From Sarea resinae (taxonomy: Eukaryota): DNA of 64,000 nt. Within the stretch, counting starts at the first letter, position 1. Every line of letters starts with the position of its first letter. This document shows, one piece after another, positions 1 to 12,700 of this stretch. The stretch spans positions 1-64,000 of the forward strand of contig JAPEUD010000021.1 in NCBI GenBank assembly GCA_026026165.1, given 5' to 3'. The translations under genes were made by a program, and so were the position numbers. The notes under the pieces were generated by a model, which was given only the letters and a program-made list of their open reading frames with translations, had not been told where the DNA came from and did not search any database.

Positions 1-124
1 CCCTAACCCTAACCCTAACCCTAACCCTAACCCTAACCCTAACCCTAACCCTAACCCTAACCCTAACCCTAACCCTAACCCTAACCCTAACCCTAACCCT
101 AACCCTAACCCTAACCCTAACCCT
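1..124. repeat. Telomeric repeat (CCCTAA)20 plus CCCT; chromosome end
   Basis: Perfect CCCTAA tandem from base 1 to 120, then CCCT; reverse complement of the canonical TTAGGG telomere of filamentous ascomycetes. Confidence 0.99.
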
Positions 125-1544
125 GGAGAGTACTGTATCACGGTATCGAGTATGATGAATCTGACACTTGGCGAATTCTACTCTCTGAATCCCGAAATCA
201 ACAGCAACTGTACGAACATGTTTGCTGGTTCGGCATACTGTGTACAGGCAGGAGCTTCTAATTCGTCGGCGTCGAAGTCTCCGCCAAGTCGTCAGAGATG
301 TCTCGAACCTTGGCCGCCTTCTTCCTGCTTCGAGGACGCATCTAACTATCCGCCTGCTCCTCTACTCGCCGGCAATATCTCGTATAGCCGAATTCCATTT
401 ATACCTGCATCATCGACCCCGACCAGTCCCGTGTCAATTCCTACACAAATGCCAATCGCCCCTGGAACTTTACAAGGTTGCGGGACGTACACTAATGGTC
501 TTACGCTCAATAGCAGCAACTCCACCTTCAACACCATGATGAATACTTGCCAGAATCTAGCCGAATACTATCAAGTCGGGGTTTCTGACCTTGTCGCTTG
601 GAATCCGAGTCTGAACCAATCTAATTGTGAGCTTCAGGACGGTTATAGCTATTGTGTACAGAAGACAGTGATTGCATCCAGCAGTAAGTCGTTCTGGGAA
701 ATACATAAAGGATCAATGCTTACCATAACAGCGTACGCTGTCGATTCGTGCGACTCTTCCGCCACTTCAACGCTATCCGGGACAATCTCTGACTGCTCCT
801 GCTATACTGAGATCTTTGGGTCCGATTCTGAAGGTAAGGCCCTAAGGACAATTCTCTCGTGAAGCTCCCCCTGACATGTATCTAGACTATGCTTGCGAAG
901 ATCTTGCCAGCGACTATAACGTGACGACGACCCAGCTACAAAGTTGGAACACCTGGATGGGAAGCAATTGCACGAATTCCATGTACAGTGGTATGGGTCT
1001 GAACGACGTCCGTTCAGTCTGCATCGGTGCCTCAGGCGCTGCCAACGATACAAGTGCATCTGCGAGTGCACCTGCCACAAACATCGCTTCTCCAAGCGCA
1101 AGTGCCAGCGCAAGTGCCAGCGCAAGCGGCGGTGCATCTAGCGCAAAAGCTTCCGCAAGTGCAAGTGCCAGTGCATCCGCGAGTACTTCAATCAGCGCAT
1201 CCGTCCCTCCATCCGCTGGTGCGTCATCTGCGACCTCCATAGTTGCAAGCGCATCTGCAACGGGCAGTTCCTCTGTTGCTCCAACGGCTACAGGTACCAC
1301 CAGCTCTTGTTCGCAATATTACACAACGAAGTCGGGAGACACTTGCGCCTCCATTGAGAGCACGTACAGCATCACGCTTGGCCAGTTCTTCGCCTGGAAT
1401 CCGGCTGTCGGCTCCGACTGCGAGAAAATGTGGATTGGCTATACGTATTGCGTAAAAGGCCCGGCCGTCTCTGCTGGTGCGTCAAGCACGCTGATATCAT
1501 CTGCGTCATCACCGTCAAGTTCGATTGCTGGAGCACCCTCTTAG
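122..1544 (+). pseudogene. 5'-truncated multi-LysM (chitin-binding effector-like) gene, about 4 LysM domains and a Ser/Ala-rich linker
   Basis: Frame from 122 reads PGEYCITVSSMMNLTLGEFYSLNPEINSNCTNMFAGSAYCV (fungal LysM). Further LysMs: TCQNLAEYY..LVAWNPSL..C..GYSYCV; ACEDLASDY..LQSWNTWM..C..VCI; YTTKSGDTC..FFAWNPAVGSDC..YTYCV. Probable GT-AG introns at about 684-731 and 834-885. No upstream start, signal peptide or promoter is possible because the telomere abuts. Confidence 0.85.
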
Positions 1545-2851
1545 AAAACTTCGGCCTCTTCGTGAATCTTGGTCAAGAGAACGAGACATGACTGCTACGA
1601 TTTTACGAGTTGTTGGAGGGCATTTACTACCTTTTCTTCTCGCCACTTCTCTGCTTTCTGAGATATAGTCTCTGATCATGACTCATTAAGTACTTGTTTC
1701 GGGACAAATGACCGAATATTGTTTAATGTAAGTCTACATCTTTTGTAATTTCAGGAGAACTGTTCTGACATTTGTTCTCCCTCTCGGAAGACCAACGTTC
1801 CCGGATTAGCTCCATGGTTCCAGATCGCCGGTCATCTTATATATAATTACCGAGATGAGGATGACGGCCCGGGTTCGGCGTTGATTGAATAAGGACGAAA
1901 GCAGCTTATCCCTTATGAAGGCGCGGATTGTGGCGTGGAAAGCCAGGTTTTAGTATGGAGAGATGGGCCTTCTGAAAGGAGCGGCTGTTATGGATTGCGC
2001 AGCAAGATCCAATACTCCGGAATACTAAGAGTATAGGATTGAATCTCGTGGATCACATGAAGGTGATTGAAAAGACCCACAGACCGAGAGATGGAAAAGC
2101 TGGGTGCGAAAGAGTGTAATAGACTACGAAAGTATGTGTGATGGCTGCTGTCATAGGTACGAGGACGAGGAGGAGGAGGAAACCATTATATGAGGAGCGG
2201 TCTTCTCATGTCTCATATCTGTGCGGCTGTTGCTACGCAGCGATTGATCGCCGAGCTACAGTTGGCTATGAATCAAATCGTCGACCAATGAAATCTAAAG
2301 GTTCAATGCTAAATAGACTACTGTCAGGCTGTATCGCAATTTCTTAAATGTATTAGTGCTATCATCATCGATCGCTATCATTTGTGCTTCTCAGTGCATT
2401 GAACGTTGACTAGGTACAAAAGAAATTGTCCATAAGAATACCTTCTGTGTCGATAGAATTCTACGTGGGTAGAGATGGAACGTATAGAGCTTTTCAATTG
2501 TTCGTAGTGCGGTAGATAGATAGGGTCTAAGCCTGACGTTCAGGTATTTGAGAGTACGTATACCAGCTCGACATCAGTTTGATCAGTTTGATGACTAGCT
2601 GGAGCAGCTGATTGATCATTTCACCAGCGTGCAACACGAAATGACATGGTCTAAAAGAATCAACTGTCGGGTGTTGATTCTGACAAGATCAATAGCGAAG
2701 AGCGTCGATAGAGACATATTGTAGACATTGATTGGCGGAGACTAGTCTTGCTCAAGCTCATATTTACTTCTCATTCAATCAGCTCGTCCCTTAGCTTCAC
2801 TTGCTCCATCTCCCTTCAGTTTCCCTCGACCTCGGCACAGAAACCCAAGTC

Positions 2852-3643
2852 CTATTCTTTGCCGCCAGCAAGATGCAATGCGAAACCTGTCGCACGATTC
2901 TCCTCGAGTCCCGGTCGTAATTGAAGTCTTGGAATGTCGTAGTCTCCTCCATTCTGACGACGATACGGGATCGATTTGGTGGTCGCAAGCGTCCGCAATC
3001 TTTGGCGAAGCTCGTCGCCAATAGTACGGAACACGTTATCGTCAGACCGATGCACACGATATGCAACAAAGGGTGGGAGAACGTCAAATCCCGCATAGTA
3101 GAGGACTCCATGGTTGATGGGAAATAAGAGATCATCAATGGGACCGTTGATGCCGCGGGCAGAGTAGTGTTCTGGCCAACCTCCGACGGTCACCACCAAC
3201 ATGGCGCGCTTTCCCGACAGCTTTCCCTCCCCATACCGGTCGCCAAAGTGTTGGTCATTGTACTCTCCCAAACCATAACCAAACCCACACGATAATGCTC
3301 TCTCCACCCATCCTTTCAGAATGGCAGGCATGGAGAACCACCAGAGAGGAAACTGGAGGATGACCGTGTCTGCCCACAGAAGCTTTGCTTGCTCCGACTT
3401 GACGTCTTCGGTCAGGCCATCGGACGCCGTCGCTTCCGACGAGACGGTCGTCACTCTCAGAGGAGCATCGTCGGCCAGGTCGGGAAAGTCGTCGCGGTCG
3501 ACTTGACTCTTCCAACGCATGGCATACAGATCGGACACCTGGACCTCATGGCCTTGCGACTCTAATTCCTCGACCGCAAGCCGGAGTAGGGCTGCGTTGA
3601 GCGACTGGGGCTCGGGATGGGCGAAAACAATCAAGACTTTCAT
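2852..3643 (-). CDS. NAD(P)H-dependent quinone oxidoreductase (flavodoxin-like fold, NQO/MdaB family)
   Basis: MKVLIVFAHPEPQSLN, DLYAM, ADTVILQFPLWWFSMPAILKGWVER and GKRAMLVVTVGG motifs; intact 263-aa ORF. Confidence 0.92.
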   Translation of the reverse strand: MKVLIVFAHPEPQSLNAALLRLAVEELESQGHEVQVSDLYAMRWKSQVDRDDFPDLADDAPLRVTTVSSEATASDGLTEDVKSEQAKLLWADTVILQFPLWWFSMPAILKGWVERALSCGFGYGLGEYNDQHFGDRYGEGKLSGKRAMLVVTVGGWPEHYSARGINGPIDDLLFPINHGVLYYAGFDVLPPFVAYRVHRSDDNVFRTIGDELRQRLRTLATTKSIPYRRQNGGDYDIPRLQLRPGLEENRATGFALHLAGGKE

Positions 3644-4354
3644 CGTGGCCCGCCCCGTTGCGAATTGTGATTGTTTGTTTTTGTAGGATCGTGTTGTCGT
3701 GTGGACGTTAGCTATATGAGGGGCCCTCTCTCGATCATCTCCTTTCGAGTTTTTGTATTTCTAATCCGCTTGCATTAATAATCGCTTTGTTGTAAGCACT
3801 AAATTGTAATCTTCCCAACATCGTTTCATTGTTACCGCCGCCAATTTCTCCAAGGCATCGTACGTCCGTCGTCTGACTGCCCAACTTTACGTACATCTTC
3901 GAGGAGCGGTAAGCAGCATCATGATCCGAGAATTATGGACTCTTCACACCGCATTTCGAAATTCTACGTCTGTCCGTTTCGACCGAGATCAAGATCTCGT
4001 TTGTCCTGTTGCAGTTCCACGTTTCACGTACCGTACTGTCAGGGTCTTCGGGTCTTTTCTGACGCAGTACCTCTAGTAAGGAACAAGAAAGTTTCAGAAC
4101 CGGCCAGCGGGTAGCGTCTGAAAAACGTCCACGTACTTGGTGTTCTTGAAGTTTGGGGGAATCCTCTGAACGCCACTTGTAGTATATTTTAGAAGATCTA
4201 AATAGAATCATATCTTCTAATATAATTAGGTGTAAGAATTAGAGATATAAGTGTTCTGTACTTTAAACATTATAGAAACTATAAAAGCCCCGTACGCTAT
4301 AAAATACTCTTAGCAATGTAATTATCCTTCTACTCCTGTATAATAGCTTCTAAA

Positions 4355-5949
4355 TTATTCTTCGTGAAAATCTTCTCTCTCTGTTCTAATAAATCCGCTT
4401 GCTACTACTACACCCGCTATTAACACCGACATGACCGCAAACGGCAGGCCCATCCAGATCCATCCCAGCTCGAGACCCTTTACCAGCAGCGCATTTACCG
4501 CCGGCCCTACCACACTCCGCACCACAATGCTCAACATCAGCGCCGCGCTATAGACTGCGCTCACCTGACTGGGCCGCACGGCGCCGCCCAACAAGCTCAT
4601 TAACAAGCCCGTGGTACAGCTACCAAGCGCCACTAGCAAAAGCCCAGTGGCCTCGATCGCTAAACCTGGCGCAACGGCTATGACCATTAGACCGCATGCT
4701 GTCACAGCAATAGACACAATAGCATATAGGCGGTCGCGCGCCCAGGCGGTCCAGCCACGTGGGTCAGCGATGAGGCGGGTGATCAAGGGCAGGAGCACGA
4801 GCACAACTACCCCTTGTGCGGCTTGAAAGAGCGAGAGAAGCACATTCCCCCGGGCGTAGGAAAGAGAGTATTTAGCGCGGGAGTATTGCAGGCCGATCAT
4901 GGTGAATAGTTCTCGGGCAGCGCTCTGGGGAGCGAAAATGCAGAGGAGCAATAGGGCTTGGCGGTTTGACGCTAGCACGCCAATTAGAGGAGCCAGCAGG
5001 CTAGAGACTCCGGCGACGATAGATATTGCTATCTTGGTGGGACTTGACGAAGCCGAGCGACGTGAAGAAGCGACGGAAATTCGCGGGGACGTAGGGCCGG
5101 ACGTCGGATCTGCGCTGCCAGAGGACTCCTCTCGCAAATTCAGCGTTTCCGGAATGAGTCGTGTAAGCAGAAACGTGCCCGAGAAGAGCACGCCCTCGGC
5201 AATGAGCAGGACGGTCCAAGCATGTCCTTTCTCCATCAACGCGGCGCTGATAGCCGGCCCGAAGAAGCCCGAAATCACGTCAGCCGCGTGAAGATATAAG
5301 AAAATCTGCGCGTGTTCGGCGCGGTCAGTCGCGTCAGTAACCATGACATGCACGATGCTGGAAGTGACGGCGTCGCCGCCGCCGATGAAGAGAAAGACAC
5401 CCGAAAGCCAAACCCAGCGGATCGAAGCAAATCGCCAGTAGCAAACAGCCAACACCCAAGAAAGGGCGGCAAAGACACCAGCACCGCTCAAGACGAGCAC
5501 GCGCCTGCGTCCGATGCGCTCCGCCAGCAGGCCGTAGGGCACAGTGCACAGCAGCGCTGCGAAGACGGGCACTAGCTGCTGGAAGCCGCGCACCAGCGCA
5601 AGCTCCTTCTGGACAGCTTGCGCTTTGCACCGATCAGCCAGCGGCGGCGTCGAGGAAGCGCTCCCGTTGGAGGCCGGGGGCTGCTGGTAGTAGTCCTCGC
5701 AGATGACGTCCTCGAAGACTTGAATAAGTGCTGCTGGTTGTAGATTGTCGCCGAGCATCATGGTAAAGGCAAAAGCGCACAGGAGCAGGATGATGCGTCC
5801 TTGAGCGCGAGAGGCACAAAGTGCCCTGGTTCCGCCGTGACCGACACATCGACAGCGACTTGGACGTCCTTTTGGAGGAGGGCCGAGGACTCAGACACAC
5901 TGCCGGATTCACCGTGGCCGCTGCTGCTGGCTGTCTCTGCAGAGGCCAT
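4355..5949 (-). pseudogene. MFS transporter with an apparent 1-bp frameshift near 5800
   Basis: Many hydrophobic helices and MFS motif A-like GLLAERIGRRRVL. The N-terminus (MASAETASS..PLALK, from 5949) is out of frame with RIILLLCAFAFTMMLGD..; no intron signals at the junction. Confidence 0.78.
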
Positions 5950-6986
5950 GATGCTTCATACGACCTCGCAATCGATAGACACAACAACTTCAAGGCGATT
6001 GAGAGGAGAGGAGTGCGTGCAAAGTTCAGAATTGTGAGGAAACAGTACGTGCAAAGTTCAAAGATGGATAGTGAAGAGTGACGCGCGGCAGTTATTGTAC
6101 GCAGAGCCTGTACATGTGGTACTGTAACTTTAGTCCGCGGGAAGGGCCGAGGCTTCTCCAAGGTCGCATTGGTCCGGTATTAGCGCACTTTACACGAACT
6201 CAATCGCGTCTAGAATGTCGAAAGGCATATACTAGGACAGGAACGACAGATCAAAGAGGCGGCACAAGCCCGAGGTTCGGTGAGGATCTTGGCTTGCTAT
6301 CCTGCAGGCCTGAAGCTTTTCAGATGGCCATCTCAGTTCACAGTATTTCAATTGAGATCAATTTTACCAGTAGTGCAGGTCGCGTGCCTCCTACCCTGTC
6401 TCTGCCACGGGATGGGCCGGACGGATGAGGCATTCTTTCAGCCTTTATTTGAATTTTCTTCTGCGCCTCGACGGCGAGGCAAGACAGCAAAATGAAGTTT
6501 CATCATTCTTGGCAAAGACGGCTTGTGTCCAAGGACCTAGACGTTTGTCGCCTCCGATAGGATGCGCAGCCGCTTGATTTGGTGGCGCGATCGGTAACTA
6601 ACCGCTGTGGGTAAGGGAACGGATGTTCCTTTTAAGCTATCCGGCCCCAAGATCTTGGCGCGGAGGCGATTGTACCATGCTGTAGCGGTACAGTATGCGA
6701 CGTAGTGGGGAAACAATCCTTTTTCGACGGACCCACTCGAGACGCCGGACAGCCCGGTTTGACGTCGATCGGTAACCTCGTGGCTAACTTCATTACAGCG
6801 GGCAATCTTGGTTGTGTTTACGACGTATTCAAGTGCGTGGTGTTATGAAGCATTCAATAATGTCAGCTAGCAAAGTTATCTGATGTCTGTATCGTAACCT
6901 AGGCCTGTCATGTTGACGCTTCTATCTATTGCGAAATCGTCATTCATGACTTGCATCATTCGAGAATGGTACAACAGCCCGTTCAC

Positions 6987-8590
6987 TCAGCGCGCAACCG
7001 TGGTCAGTGTCTTCATCCTCTGTGGACAAACGATGACCAGCAACGGTATGGGCACGGCGGCCAGCAGCACAAACGCCAGCAATGAGTTGGCCCAGCCGTA
7101 GCCGAGGCTGGAGTACATGTACGGAGCGGCGACGGGCAGAAAGGCGCCTGCGATGTAGCGCAAGGGCAGCACGGCGGCGACGGCAGAGGCAGACCGGTCG
7201 CCAAAGATGTCCACCAGATAGTTCATAATCGGGGTGGTGCTACTCGATAGCGAAAAGCCACAAAAGCCCGTAGCGACGGCCGGCACGATCCAGTGCAAGC
7301 GTTCCTGGAGAGACCAGCCGTACAACAGCAGACCGACGGGATATATAATCATGGCAGGGATGATCGGGATGAGGCGGTTCTCGGGGAGCGGCGTGGCACC
7401 ATCGTCGGGCTTTTGAAACAACAGACCTCGCAGCCGGAAGTAATCGAGGGTAAATCGGCACATGAGAGCCCCACTGAGCGTGCCGATGGCTGCGAAGCAA
7501 ATATATCAGCCAATCCAAAAAGGGCTTCGCTGATGATCGACTTACTCAAAGCAATGTAGACGAGGCCCGATGAGCTCTCAGAGAAACCATAGACTTCTTG
7601 GAAGACAGTGGCAAGGGTGGCGGCGAGAAGCGAAAGAAAGGCGAATAGAATTGATAGATACAAAGCCATCAGCACTGCAATGCGGGAGCGGCTCAAGATG
7701 ACAAAGGGGCGAACCACAAGCAGAGCGAGCGCTTTGACAGTTACCATATTCCATCCTGTAATGTATTTCGGGGGTGACCTGACCTTCTCGTTGGAGCTAG
7801 CCTTCTTGAGAGCCCTGCGGCGTATGACTGGCACATACGTTTCTTTCAGTACGACGACCATGATTGATGATAGACCGGCGGTGATGATGGCCATCAACCA
7901 GAACGTCCAGCGCCAATTGAGGCCCTGGGTGATGTAGCCTCCGACAATGGGACCTACGGCGCTGCCAAGGATCGGAATCAAACTCGTGATTGACATGGCG
8001 GATCCCCGCTTCTCTATAGCAAACAGATCGCCTGTGATGGCCGGATTCAGGCAGATGGAGCAAATGGACGCGCCGGCCAGGAACCTGAAGACAACAATCA
8101 TGCCGAGACTGTTGCTGAAGCCTGCGATCATAGTAAAGATGAGGAACGCGAGATTGAAAAAGTGGCAGACAGGCATGCGCCCCAGACGCTCGGACAATGG
8201 GCCCACATAGAGTGGAGAGATGACTTGACCGAGGTTAGGCACGGTGATGTAGAAGACGGAAAGGAAGCTGTCGTGATTGTCGAACGCTTTGGCAATGGCA
8301 GAACTTGCGGGGGCGCAGATGACAAGAGACATGTTGCTGAGGACCCCACATCAGCCTTGTTTGCACAGGAATAGAAAAACGTACACCATCAGTGACATCA
8401 AGGACAGTACGATCAAGATGAGCCATCTCCGCGTGCTGGACCAATTCTGCGGCAGCGAGGGATCGGTCTCGTCCGCATCCGCCAGGGGCCCATCCTCTAC
8501 CCGTGCCGAGGTAGGCACTACTGTCGGGCCCAGCACCAGAGGTGTAGGCGCGCTCTTCGTACTGGATGCCATGGTGTCCTTGTTCATCAT
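6987..8590 (-). CDS. MFS drug:H+ antiporter (DHA1-like), 3 exons
   Basis: PQNWSSTRRW, GPLSERLGR, GPIVGGYITQGLNWRWTFW, ETYVPV and PENRL motifs. GT-AG introns at about 8384-8337 and 7545-7490 join ORFs 8351..8767, 7349..8332 and 6987..7463 in frame. Confidence 0.9.
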
Positions 8591-9790
8591 TCTGAAGGTA
8601 AGGGGACGAAAGAGAAGAAAGAGAGGAAAAGGTGAAGGGGAAGCTAGAGGAAGCGCAGAAGGACAGGATCCGAACGGAAAGAAAAGGAAAAGAAGGGAAG
8701 AAAAAAAGGAAGGAGGTACCATCAATCTGGAATTGAATCCAATACGAGATGCACGTATGAGGCTCAATAAGTGTCATGTAGACCAATTCACGATCTCCAC
8801 AGCGCATTGTGCTGTTGTGGTGAGCACCGTCAAATCGGTGTTTCTCATTGGACGAGCAGATAGACAATCTGCTGCCTAGAACAACCATGGCGTGCGGCAG
8901 ATCCGATAAGCTGCAGATCCCTGTTGCAGTGGTGCCTCGCGCTTGCGTGTGGGCTGAATCGTGCTATCGTTCAGTCAGGAACAAAAGTACTCTCACGTAC
9001 AGTACCTCGACCGCGCTACAGTAAACCCTAAGCCCGTTCCTTTTATTGAACCCATCGTCACATCCTCACCTTCTGTCACTAGACCGTTGTTTGCAAGGCC
9101 TTGCTCCAAGAGATGTGGGCTCCGGCTGCTGTTAGATACTAGACATGCCGGTGCCTTTGTCGCTAGCTTAGTCATGGCAAATAGCCTCTCCACGGCGTCT
9201 TGTTGAAACTATCCGTCAAACGAACAACGACCCTCGATGCAATCTGACATGATTTCGACCCGATCATCGGCATGGAATAATATCCGGAGCGACCCGAAGA
9301 ACTGGGACTGGTGGTGTGGCATGTTGCAAAAGGGTTTGCTGTATGTTTGCTGCATCTCGAGGGTCAAACAGCCACCCAACTCTGTCGAAGCATGCGTTGC
9401 AATTATTCCACCTGCAAGGACCAATCGAACAGCATGATCATTGATGAAAACCAATGATGTGGTGGCCAAAGTTATTCCAGGCAAGGAACACTATTCGCAG
9501 AGTTATCGACAGGGCTGTATAGCTCCGGGGCACTCGAGGAAAGATGGTTTAGTGTGCAAGGACCAAAGCCATTCTCCGCCATCAGCGCCACCATGGGTAA
9601 GGGACCTTTTGGGTCAAGTCCAAGTTGTGCCTGTCAGAATGCTTCTCTCGGGCTCTGATCAACCCGTCTGCGTAAAGTAGCTGCTCCTCTGCCGTTTTCT
9701 GTAGGATGTGGTCTGCTTTTAAGCCGTTCCTCCTGCTCCAGGATCTCTTTCGTGAGCCATCATTATAGCAAGAAGCTAAAATTGGTTATC

Positions 9791-12700
9791 ATGGCTATCC
9801 TCCAAAACTTCCAGAATGCCATCCTTGCTGGCCACAGGTCCTACGAGAACGGCATTCCGCCTGGGCACTCATCCCCAAGCTACCTCTGTGCTAAACCCAG
9901 CATCTCATCCCGAAATCACGCGTTGCCCCCCCCGAGGTCCCACAAGCATGAGGAGAAACAATCCATTCTTGATATTCCCCTGCCAGGTCTCGGCTCGGGG
10001 ATTCCAGCATCTGTCAAGACGTGTGCAGCTTGGGCGGTTCTACTTGCTTCGCACGGATCAAGGAACGGACTCAGCATGTTTGCCCCCACTCTAGGCATAT
10101 TTAGCGGCCCTCTCGACCTACCTATCCAGTGGAGCTCGTGTGTTGGGGACCTGATTCGCCAAGTTGAGGCGGAGCTTGGAGAATATCTCCTTGGCGCGGC
10201 TGAGACGACAAACGACGCCAGCACATTCAACAAAAAGCGAGAGTACGAGCAGAGGTTTCTCATCACCATAACCCGAGGCCAACCCGGCTCTGGAGAGCTT
10301 CTACTGGAGTGCCACACACAACGGGACAGGATCAGTGCTAGGACAGTTGGTCTCGACGGTTATTCAGACAAGGCTTGGTCACTGAACCTCCTTCGACAAT
10401 ATGAGTACATTGTCCGCGAGATTTGCTTGCCGGACAACATCGAAAAGCCGCTTGTCGACTTGAAAGCCATATCAGATCAAGATCTGGAGCAGATTTGGGC
10501 CTGGAACGCTCGAGTCCCACCGAGCGTTGATGAGGTCTGCATCTACGAAGCATTTATCAACAGAGCGCGGCAGCATCCTGGCCGTTTGGCTCTTTCGGCA
10601 CATGACGGTGAACTGACGTATCGCGAGCTGGACGAGCTCTCAACTCGCCTGGCTAATGCTCTGCTTCAGCGAGGCGTTCAGCCTTCCAGCACGATCATTG
10701 TCTTCATCGAAAAGTCCATGTGGGTTCCCGTTGCCCAGATAGCAATCATGAAATGCGGGTGCGCCTCGACGGTTCTCGATGCGTCGCTCCCGCTTCAGCG
10801 ACAGCAGTCTATTGCCGAACTGGTTCAGGCCTCGGCTATCCTGACTTCGCCATGGTGCCAAAAACAAGCGGAAGCATTAAGTCTGGACTGTGCCAGACTC
10901 GTTCTGGACGACTGCTCGAGCCAGCACTGGCCCACCGCCCAGCCTGCTGTCCTTCCCACTGTCAGCCCTTCGGCTTGGGCATACATTGTTTTTACGTCCG
11001 GAAGCACGGGTACTCCTAAAGGCGCTATTATCAGCCATGCGAATTACGCCAGCGCTGTTGCCACTCAGCAAAAAGGCCTCGACTTCAGAGAATTCGACCG
11101 AGTCTTTGACTTTGCGTCCTATGCCTTCGACGCTGCTTGGTGTAATCTGATCCACGCTTTGCTGATCGGAGGCTGTCTCTGCATTCCCTCTGACGAGGAA
11201 CGAAAGGGAGACCTTGCCGGAGCGCTCCGTAAGTATCAAGTCAACTATGCCGTCCTCACACCTTCTGTGGCTTGGTTTCCGGCTGCCGAGCTTCCTGCCA
11301 GCCTGCGAACAATCCACTTTGGAGGAGAGCCACTCAAAGCTGCCCTTGTCAAGGAACTTGCAGCACTAACGGTCATCAATGCCTATGGCCCTGCCGAGTG
11401 TTCGACGGTCAGCACGGCAATTGTGACGGACCCTACTGATGACAAAGACCCAACTATCGGCACAGGTCTCGGCGCCTGCACATGGATTGCCAAGTTAGAT
11501 GGAATCGATCTAGTGCCCATCGGAGATATTGGAGAGCTATGGTTAGAAGGCCCCATCATCGGCCAAGGGTACCTACATGACCCCGAGAAGACTAATATGA
11601 CCTTTGTCGATTCTCCACCGTGGCTTCTCCGTGGCTGCCCCAGCCTCTTTGGCATCAAAGGCCACACTGGTCGCCGGGGACGCCTTTACCGCTCCGGAGA
11701 TCTTGTTCGTTATAGACCAGATGGAAATCTGGAATTCGTCGGCCGCAAGGATTCTCAGGTCAAGATCCGTGGTCAGCGTGTTGAGCTTGGAGAGATCGAA
11801 TACAACCTCCAGCGCGCCTTGACGGATGAAGCTCGGGCCAAGAATGTGCAGATCATCGCCGAGATTATCAAGCCGCATGGTAGTGACGTGTCAACGCTGG
11901 TGTCCTTTCTTTTCATATTGACCGGCTCAGAAGTGTCGTCGGCTGCTGCAAAGCCCATCATCTCGCAAGCTATGGCGAGTATTGAAGACCGGCTAGTCAA
12001 GTTTGTGCCACCTTTCATGGTCCCCTCGGCCTTTCTCCCTGTTGCAGAAGTGCCAATGACACCCACGGGAAAGGTGGACCGTCGACGCCTTCGTGAAATT
12101 GGTGCAACAATGTACTGGCAGCAGCTCAATACTCTATCAGTACCGAAAACAAACCCCGAGTCTGAATTAGAGGCGACACTTTGCAAGGTCTGGAGCGAGG
12201 TCTTGAACCTTTCTCTCGGAAAGATCGGGTTGGATTCTGCCTTTACGCGTCTAGGTGGGGACTCCATCAGTGCCATGCAGGTGGTTTCGCGCTGCCGTTC
12301 GCAGAACATCTCCATCAAGGTCGCAGATATTCTGAAGCTCCAGACCGTGCGGCTGATTGCTCAATCTAGCAAGCCCGTCCGAGATAAAGTGAATTGGCAC
12401 GGCATACAAGCAACTGAGGGTGAGGCTTGGTCGTTGACGCCAATTCAGCAGATTTTCTTCGACAATAACCCTCGGGGCATCAATCATTACACTCTCAGCT
12501 ATATCGTCAAGCTAGCGAGGCACAAAACTCACCAGGAGCTCCTTGACGCACTACTGGCCATCACAACGCGCCATAGTATGCTTCGTGCCCGCTTCCGCTT
12601 CCGCACGAATGAATCGACCTGGGAGCAGTATATTGCACCGGCGGGACCCAAATCTTTCCTCCTCAAACAGCACGTGTTTGTAGACCGCTCAACTATGCAG

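Noticed and set aside
1060..1200. GCAAGTGCCAGC repeats
   Set aside because: Explained by the Ser/Ala linker codons of the LysM protein.
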